Positions 8,232 through 14,407 of a stretch of DNA of 14,407 nt are shown here, piece after piece. Position 1 is the stretch's first letter, and each line of letters begins with the position of its first letter. The DNA comes from a virus. Lineage: Duplodnaviria > Heunggongvirae > Uroviricota > Caudoviricetes. Both the position numbers and the translations under genes were made by a program. The notes under the pieces are model-generated. The model saw only the letters and a list, made by a program, of their open reading frames with translations. It searched no databases and was not told the DNA's origin. Location of the stretch: positions 1 to 14,407 of IMG/VR virus record IMGVR_UViG_2874915312_000003; one strand, given 5' to 3'.

Positions 8232-8653
8232 CCTCGCGCATACAACCGGGCAGTGATGTGATTGTCTGCGCTGAAATGGACGAACATTGGGGCTACGTCG
8301 GTGCTAAATCACGTCAGCGCTGGCTGTTTTACGCGTATGACAGGATACGGAGGACGGTTGTGGCGCACGTCTTCGGTGAACGCACTCTGGCCACACTGGA
8401 GCGTCTTCTGAGCCTGCTGTCGGCCTTTGAGGTCGTGGTATGGATGACGGATGGCTGGCCGCTGTATGAATCACGCCTGAAGGGAAAGCTGCACGTTATC
8501 AGCAAGCGTTACACTCAGCGCATTGAGCGACATAATCTGAATCTGAGACAACATCTGGCAAGGCTGGGACGGAAGTCACTGTCGTTCTCAAAATCGGTGG
8601 AGCTGCATGACAAGGTCATCGGGCATTATCTGAACATAAAACACTATCAGTAA
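8150..8653 (+). CDS. insB: IS1 insB reading frame (expressed as InsAB' fusion by -1 frameshift at the A6C motif near 8207)
   Basis: 167-codon ORF overlapping the insA 3' end. TTAAAAAACTC slippery motif present. Confidence 0.85.
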   Translation: MSRQCTHYGRWPQHGFTSLKKLRPQSVTSRIQPGSDVIVCAEMDEHWGYVGAKSRQRWLFYAYDRIRRTVVAHVFGERTLATLERLLSLLSAFEVVVWMTDGWPLYESRLKGKLHVISKRYTQRIERHNLNLRQHLARLGRKSLSFSKSVELHDKVIGHYLNIKHYQ

Positions 8654-8752
8654 GTTGGAGTCATTACCTACTAACAGGATGTTCTGACTCGCAATTCGGT
8701 AATGCTGCCAACTTACTGATTTAGTGTATGATGGTGATTTTAAGGTGCTTGC

Positions 8753-9028
8753 GTGGCTTCCATTTCCATCAGATGTCCTTCCTGCTCCGCTACTGAAGGC
8801 GTGGTGCGTAACGGCAAAAGCACTGCCGGACATCAGCGCTATCTCTGCTCTCATTGCCGTAAAACATGGCAACTACAGTTCACTTACACCGCCTCTCAGC
8901 CCGGTACGCACCAGAAAATCATTGATATGGCCATGAATGGCGTCGGATGTCGCGCCAGTGCACGCATTATGGGCGTTGGCCTCAACAGGGTTTTACGTCA
9001 CTTAAAAAACTCAGGCCGCAGTCGGTAA
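8753..9028 (+). CDS. insA: IS1 InsA (copy 2; T->R substitution relative to copies 1 and 3)
   Basis: GLNRVLRHL versus GLNTVLRHL in the other copies. Confidence 0.9.
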   Translation: MASISIRCPSCSATEGVVRNGKSTAGHQRYLCSHCRKTWQLQFTYTASQPGTHQKIIDMAMNGVGCRASARIMGVGLNRVLRHLKNSGRSR

Positions 9029-9450
9029 CCTCGCGCATACAACCGGGCAGTGATGTGATTGTCTGCGCTGAAATGGACGAACATTGGGGCTACGTCGGTG
9101 CTAAATCACGTCAGCGCTGGCTGTTTTACGCGTATGACAGGATACGGAGGACGGTTGTGGCGCACGTCTTCGGTGAACGCACTCTGGCCACACTGGAGCG
9201 TCTTCTGAGCCTGCTGTCGGCCTTTGAGGTCGTGGTATGGATGACGGATGGCTGTCCGCTGTATGAATCACGCCTGAAGGGAAAGCTGCACGTTATCAGC
9301 AAGCGTTACACTCAGCGCATTGAGCGACATAATCTGAATCTGAGACAACATCTGGCAAGGCTGGGACGGAAGTCACTGTCGTTCTCAAAATCGGTGGAGC
9401 TGCATGACAAGGTCATCGGGCATTATCTGAACATAAAACACTATCAGTAA
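8947..9450 (+). CDS. insB: IS1 insB frame (copy 2; W->C substitution, DGCPLYES versus DGWPLYES)
   Basis: Direct comparison of the three copies within the window. Confidence 0.85.
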   Translation: MSRQCTHYGRWPQQGFTSLKKLRPQSVTSRIQPGSDVIVCAEMDEHWGYVGAKSRQRWLFYAYDRIRRTVVAHVFGERTLATLERLLSLLSAFEVVVWMTDGCPLYESRLKGKLHVISKRYTQRIERHNLNLRQHLARLGRKSLSFSKSVELHDKVIGHYLNIKHYQ

Positions 9451-9698
9451 GTTGGAGTCATTACCCGCAATTCATCCAGCAGTTTATCATTTCCCATAAT
9501 GTCACTTACCCTCATCGGTAAAAAAATTGCCTTTCGACCATTACGATACATTATTGATTTTGGGGTTTCAGGGAAGTAATCCATTTCGACTATAACTGAC
9601 AGGTCATCACGACGTATGACTGCGTATTTGCTACTAAATAGTTTCTTTATTTTTTCCACGATGCCTCCAGGTTTATAAGTACAAACGGTTATATCCAC
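9444..9698 (-). CDS. Rem-like small prophage protein; last 5 native codons replaced by 6 IS1-derived codons
   Basis: GTG start at 9698. Removing both IS1 copies and one copy of each duplication restores an 83-codon ORF ending ...LLDELRVRTSC, with its stop inside the copy-1 target duplication. Position (upstream of Q and nin proteins, downstream of hokD) mirrors rem in K-12 Qin. Identity to Rem is from memory. Confidence 0.5.
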   Translation of the reverse strand: MDITVCTYKPGGIVEKIKKLFSSKYAVIRRDDLSVIVEMDYFPETPKSIMYRNGRKAIFLPMRVSDIMGNDKLLDELRVMTPTY

Positions 9699-9842
9699 AT
9701 AGAGACAAAAATATTAATCTGAAAAACATTTATTTCACGCCGTATATTTGATTGTTTAATGTGCAAGTACAATGACTTTTATTTTTTGTTGTGTATATAA
9801 TCAAATATATGGTTATTTTTCACCCTGCGTATTCAGCACGCA

Positions 9843-9867
9843 ACAAAAAACCCGCCGAAGCGGGTTT
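9843..9867 (-). terminator. Rho-independent terminator downstream of hok
   Basis: Minus strand reads AAACCCGC-TTCG-GCGGGTTT followed by TTTTGTTG, 68 nt after the hok stop. Confidence 0.7.
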
Positions 9868-9934
9868 AGTGCGGGTGCGTTGAGGATGCCTGACACATGA
9901 GAGGTGGCGAGGGATTTCTCCCCCGCCTGGTCTC

Positions 9935-10090
9935 TTACTCCTCAGGTTCGTAAGCTGTGAAGACAGCGACCTCCGTCTGGCCGGTTCGGATTCGTACCTC
10001 GCAGAGGTCTTTCCTCGTTACCAGTGCCGTCACTATGACGGTTAAACAGATGACGATCAGGGCGATTAACATCGCCTTTTGCTGCTTCAT
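9935..10090 (-). CDS. hokD: Hok/Gef-family type I toxin, HokD (RelF)-like
   Basis: 51-aa MKQQKAMLIALIVICLTVIVTALVTRKDLCEVRIRTGQTEVAVFTAYEPEE matches K-12 HokD as remembered. SD AAGGAG is 8 nt upstream. Track ORF 9935..10147 adds an in-frame 19-codon upstream extension (MSHKCRLASYVPKGKEKQA). Confidence 0.8.
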   Translation of the reverse strand: MKQQKAMLIALIVICLTVIVTALVTRKDLCEVRIRTGQTEVAVFTAYEPEE

Positions 10091-10431
10091 AGCCTGCTTC
10101 TCCTTGCCTTTCGGCACGTAAGAGGCTAACCTACATTTGTGAGACATAGATTGGGCCTCAGATTAATGTTAAGCGTCTTGCAGGACGCGTAATGTTAACT
10201 GGGGCTTTTCTCTGTCTGCCTTACAGTGGCATGCCCGAGGCAGACAGCCTCAAGCACCCGCAGCAATCTTACCGATACCGATAAGAAAACGCTATTTTTT
10301 ATTGCCAGCACCTTCTATCCAGGCTAATTTATCTGCGTCAGAACGGCGCAATGCGCTCGCCTGAGATACGTTTACTTGCCATGGTAACAACAGGTAACGG
10401 CAATTGCTGTTTCTGTTTTGTTTCCTTCAAA

Positions 10432-10456
10432 AACCCCGGACCATCAATCCGGGGTT
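10432..10456. terminator. Terminator-like hairpin AACCCCGGA-CCATCAA-TCCGGGGTT with T-runs on both sides
   Basis: Plus strand is followed by TTTTTGTTTGTT (stronger); minus strand by TTTTTGAAGG. Sits directly 3' of the 27-aa peptide ORF. Confidence 0.5.
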
Positions 10457-10464
10457 TTTGTTTG

Positions 10465-10548
10465 TTAACCCCAACGGCAAATCGAATACACCACCATCGC
10501 CATCGCCATCGCAATTCCTACCGTGGTGAATGCCTCAGGCCAGGTCAT
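10465..10548 (-). CDS. Candidate 27-aa hydrophobic peptide (MTWPEAFTTVGIAMAMAMVVYSICRWG)
   Basis: Not in the ORF track (below size cutoff). ATG at 10548 has SD GGAGGTG (5-nt spacer) and overlaps the stop of the upstream frame as ATGA. TAA at 10467-10465 is followed at once by the hairpin. Contains three tandem GCGATG codon pairs (plus-strand CATCGC x3 at 10495-10512). Confidence 0.35.
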   Translation of the reverse strand: MTWPEAFTTVGIAMAMAMVVYSICRWG

Positions 10549-10906
10549 TGATTCACCTCCTGCGGTGGTTCCGGTAGCGGCATCCAGTGAGTTGAGCTCT
10601 CTACTTCAACGCCGTCTTTGTCCACAAAAGCCATCTTATTCCCGCCACGAGTGGGGCAAAAAACCTTATCCCAGGAACCGGGGAATACATTCCCGAGATC
10701 ATCGAGAAGAATCACATCGCAATATTCAGCAGGAACTGCATCACTACAGCTTATCCAGCTAGAGTTACCGGAGAGTTGCCAGCCTTACGCATGGCCATTT
10801 CCACGATTTCAACCATATCTCCTGGTGGAATTTTACAAAGTTGCCCAATACATTTCTGCTGCCTGGCATATTCGAGAATGTGCTCCAATTTGGTTCGATT
10901 AATCAT
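10545..10906 (-). pseudogene. Gene split into two frames: 51-aa N-terminal ORF (10906..10751) plus 79-codon open frame (10784..10545), probable frameshift
   Basis: Frame A MINRTKLEHILEYARQQKCIGQLCKIPPGDMVEIVEMAMRKAGNSPVTLAG has SD AAGGGAG and overlaps the upstream stop (TAATG). Frame B ...SCSDAVPAEYCDVILLDDLGNVFPGSWDKVFCPTRGGNKMAFVDKDGVEVESSTHWMPLPEPPQEVNQ has no plausible start of its own. The frames overlap at 10751-10784 around a direct repeat AACTCT x2. Confidence 0.35.
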
Positions 10907-11571
10907 TATTTATCTCCCTTAAGCATGGCAGCGCGGCAGGCGTTCCAGCCATCAACATAATCAAACGTATTACTATCGTTTGGCCCGATTTCATCCGGCA
11001 CTATCGGCTCTGGTTGGATAGTGACGTTGGCAAAGGCAGCACGCAAACCGGTTTTAATTTCTTCGATTTCATCAGAGCCAAGCGATGAATCTGACAGTGC
11101 GTGATGGAATGCGTAAGCCATGTCGTCGTTTACTGCAACCGGTACTGCCGGCGCTGCGTAAAGCGGTGTTATATCTGCCCGAAAATCACATGCTTTATGC
11201 AGTCGTACCCAACGCTCAACTTCCGCTTTGTCAAAATATATAGCAGTGAACGTATTAGATTCCTGGTCAACTTGAGTAAACGTCACCTTCCACGCTACAG
11301 CTACGGCTTTCCATCCATCAGGTTGTCGCATTCGCGGGGCAGCATAAAGCTCATGCATTCCATCAGGCAGCGAGTGACCCACATACTCACCGAACCCGTC
11401 AATACACATGCCCCCATCTTCAACAATGCATTCCGCTACAGGCTCTGCTTCCAGTGATGCCAGAGCGATAAGCGCCAGTTCACGAATTTCACCGCCGTCT
11501 ATATCGTCAATATCATCGCGGCCAGAAATGTTAGCCAGCCATTGCAGTCGCTCTTTGGTAATAGTGGTCAT
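10906..11571 (-). CDS. Acidic 221-aa hypothetical prophage protein
   Basis: Long ORF with start overlapping the HNH stop (ATGA). Internal repeat of LYAAP motifs (ELYAAPRMRQPDGWK and ITPLYAAPAVPVA). Confidence 0.5.
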   Translation of the reverse strand: MTTITKERLQWLANISGRDDIDDIDGGEIRELALIALASLEAEPVAECIVEDGGMCIDGFGEYVGHSLPDGMHELYAAPRMRQPDGWKAVAVAWKVTFTQVDQESNTFTAIYFDKAEVERWVRLHKACDFRADITPLYAAPAVPVAVNDDMAYAFHHALSDSSLGSDEIEEIKTGLRAAFANVTIQPEPIVPDEIGPNDSNTFDYVDGWNACRAAMLKGDK

Positions 11572-11933
11572 GCCGTAGCCCCTTCTTGATATTTTTCAAA
11601 CCAGAACACAACCGGGTCAGATTTCATTTCAACCAATCCCATACGAACCAGCGCTTTGCCTTTCCCGGACGCAAGGAATTCACGACGACCATCACTGATA
11701 ATTCGTCGATAATCTTCCAGGCTACTGCAATGCTTGTGCAGATTGCATGGGTGGCATTCTGGTACCATGTTGGATATATCGTCACGTTCCTGGTGAAGCA
11801 TATTTCCATCAAAACGAATGACCGGTTTTACATGGTCTGCATGCCACTTTTCGCCAAGTTCGCAGCCGCAATAAGCGCAGCGACCACCGAACTTAATGCG
11901 CAGTTCTGCACGTTGTTTTTTCGTCAGTGCCAT
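11568..11933 (-). CDS. HNH endonuclease
   Basis: CAYCG...WHADHVKP...NMVPECHPCNLHKH is an HNH / Zn-binding motif. Start taken at ATG 11933 (MALTKKQ...) with SD AAGGAAAG, rather than the track start 12023. Confidence 0.65.
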   Translation of the reverse strand: MALTKKQRAELRIKFGGRCAYCGCELGEKWHADHVKPVIRFDGNMLHQERDDISNMVPECHPCNLHKHCSSLEDYRRIISDGRREFLASGKGKALVRMGLVEMKSDPVVFWFEKYQEGATA

Positions 11934-12189
11934 ATCAGCTTTCCTTATACGGATTAATTTTATTGTGCAGTGTGTTGAATGACGCCCATACCACGTCGTT
12001 ATACAATTCAATAACTGGCTCAATTATTTTTCCGATTATCCAGACAAAAATTAGCGGGGATATCGGTGTCATCAACACGATAAACAGAATGAGAAACAGG
12101 AATTCTGTTGTTCTACTCTTTCGCGGATATTTTTGGTAATGCTGCCAACTTACTGATTTAGTGTATGATGGTGATTTTAAGGTGCTTGC

Positions 12190-12465
12190 GTGGCTTCCAT
12201 TTCCATCAGATGTCCTTCCTGCTCCGCTACTGAAGGCGTGGTGCGTAACGGCAAAAGCACTGCCGGACATCAGCGCTATCTCTGCTCTCATTGCCGTAAA
12301 ACATGGCAACTACAGTTCACTTACACCGCCTCTCAGCCCGGTACGCACCAGAAAATCATTGATATGGCCATGAATGGCGTCGGATGTCGCGCCAGTGCAC
12401 GCATTATGGGCGTTGGCCTCAACACGGTTTTACGTCACTTAAAAAACTCAGGCCGCAGTCGGTAA
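12190..12465 (+). CDS. insA: IS1 InsA (copy 3)
   Basis: Protein identical to copy 1 InsA. Confidence 0.9.
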   Translation: MASISIRCPSCSATEGVVRNGKSTAGHQRYLCSHCRKTWQLQFTYTASQPGTHQKIIDMAMNGVGCRASARIMGVGLNTVLRHLKNSGRSR

Positions 12466-12887
12466 CCTCGCGCATACAACCGGGCAGTGATGTGATTGTC
12501 TGCGCTGAAATGGACGAACATTGGGGCTACGTCGGTGCTAAATCACGTCAGCGCTGGCTGTTTTACGCGTATGACAGGATACGGAGGACGGTTGTGGCGC
12601 ACGTCTTCGGTGAACGCACTCTGGCCACACTGGAGCGTCTTCTGAGCCTGCTGTCGGCCTTTGAGGTCGTGGTATGGATGACGGATGGCTGGCCGCTGTA
12701 TGAATCACGCCTGAAGGGAAAGCTGCACGTTATCAGCAAGCGTTACACTCAGCGCATTGAGCGACATAATCTGAATCTGAGACAACATCTGGCAAGGCTG
12801 GGACGGAAGTCACTGTCGTTCTCAAAATCGGTGGAGCTGCATGACAAGGTCATCGGGCATTATCTGAACATAAAACACTATCAGTAA
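12384..12887 (+). CDS. insB: IS1 insB frame (copy 3)
   Basis: Protein identical to copy 1. Confidence 0.85.
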   Translation: MSRQCTHYGRWPQHGFTSLKKLRPQSVTSRIQPGSDVIVCAEMDEHWGYVGAKSRQRWLFYAYDRIRRTVVAHVFGERTLATLERLLSLLSAFEVVVWMTDGWPLYESRLKGKLHVISKRYTQRIERHNLNLRQHLARLGRKSLSFSKSVELHDKVIGHYLNIKHYQ

Positions 12888-13022
12888 GTTGGAGTCATTA
12901 CCGATATTTTTTTCTAAATAATGTAACCATTCATTACCGCCCTTTCGGGCGGTCTCCTGATGATTTGAGGGTGCAGAAATCCCTCCGGTTAGAGATTAAA
13001 TTTTTAACAGTGCTAAATTTAA

Positions 13023-13248
13023 TTATTCAGTTCTGGATTTTGTCGCCCTGCGTATCCGCGCTTTCGCATTACGCTCAATCTGTATCAGCTTTTCTATATT
13101 TCTCCGCCTTTCCTGTTCCTCCTGGCGCAATAGCCTTACATCATCTGCCAGTCTGGTTTCTCTTTTTGCCACAGAGAGCATCCAGTCAAACGGCTCCACA
13201 ACCGCACCGCAGATTTTACAGCAGACCTGACGCTCTTTTTCGTCAACC
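13023..13248 (-). pseudogene. 3' fragment of an unidentified phage gene truncated by IS911 (...CCKICGAVVEPFDWMLSVAKRETRLADDVRLLRQEEQERRRNIEKLIQIERNAKARIRRATKSRTE)
   Basis: Minus-strand frame is open from the IS911 boundary to a TAA at 13025..13023. Charged, coiled-coil-like tail. No start codon inside the fragment. Confidence 0.25.
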
Positions 13249-13256
13249 TGAAGTGG

Positions 13257-14407
<1,151 letters not shown>

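Larger units (their letters stand above)
7901..8668 (+). mobile_element. IS1 copy 1 (768 bp)
   Basis: Ends GGTAATGCTGCCAACTTACTGAT... and ...GTTGGAGTCATTACC. 9-bp target duplication TACTAACAG at 7892-7900 and 8669-8677. Confidence 0.95.
8698..9465 (+). mobile_element. IS1 copy 2 (768 bp)
   Basis: Same ends as copy 1. 8-bp target duplication CGCAATTC at 8690-8697 and 9466-9473. Starts only 29 bp after copy 1. Confidence 0.95.
12135..12902 (+). mobile_element. IS1 copy 3 (768 bp)
   Basis: Same ends as copies 1 and 2. 9-bp target duplication GATATTTTT at 12126-12134 and 12903-12911. Confidence 0.95.

Noticed and set aside
9700-9840. Specific sigma70 promoter for the Rem-like gene in the AT-rich stretch
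   Set aside because: Several weak -35/-10 combinations are possible, and none is clearly better than the others, so no single promoter is called.
10148-10460. relE/relB antitoxin-toxin genes expected upstream of hokD
   Set aside because: All three minus-strand frames were translated. No frame encodes anything resembling RelE or RelB, and no open frame over about 35 codons is present.
7901-12902. Three ~768-bp direct repeats as a possible CRISPR-like array or an IS1 composite transposon
   Set aside because: The repeats are complete IS1 elements with transposase genes. Each has its own flanking target duplication, which indicates independent insertions rather than movement as a composite unit.

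Overview
This window reads as an IS-riddled remnant of a lambdoid (Qin/DLP12-like) prophage in an Escherichia/Shigella-type chromosome; the IS1 + IS600 + IS911 load suggests Shigella or enteroinvasive E. coli. All phage genes lie on the minus strand. In transcription order (high to low coordinate): HNH endonuclease -> acidic 221-aa protein -> a gene split into two frames -> a translationally coupled 27-aa hydrophobic peptide with a terminator hairpin -> hokD-like Hok toxin (no relBE upstream) -> Rem-like small protein (hit by two tandem IS1) -> two nin-region proteins -> antiterminator Q -> candidate late promoter and terminator -> ORF6N antirepressor split by IS600 -> four phage-borne tRNAs (CAU Ile2/Met, Arg-UCU, Thr-UGU, Gly-UCC) -> holin -> tail fibre and tfa genes. 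No endolysin, spanin, terminase, head or tail genes sit between holin and tail fibre, so an internal deletion is inferred. Mobile elements: three IS1 copies (+ strand, each with its own target duplication), one complete IS600 (1264 bp, 3-bp duplication), and an IS911 whose orfA is interrupted at the window edge by a second IS600 end. The least explained part is the hok neighbourhood (10.1-10.9 kb): the peptide gene and the split gene upstream are candidates for something undescribed, but nothing here is demonstrably a new system. All family assignments are from reading the translations and from memory of reference sequences; no searches were run.
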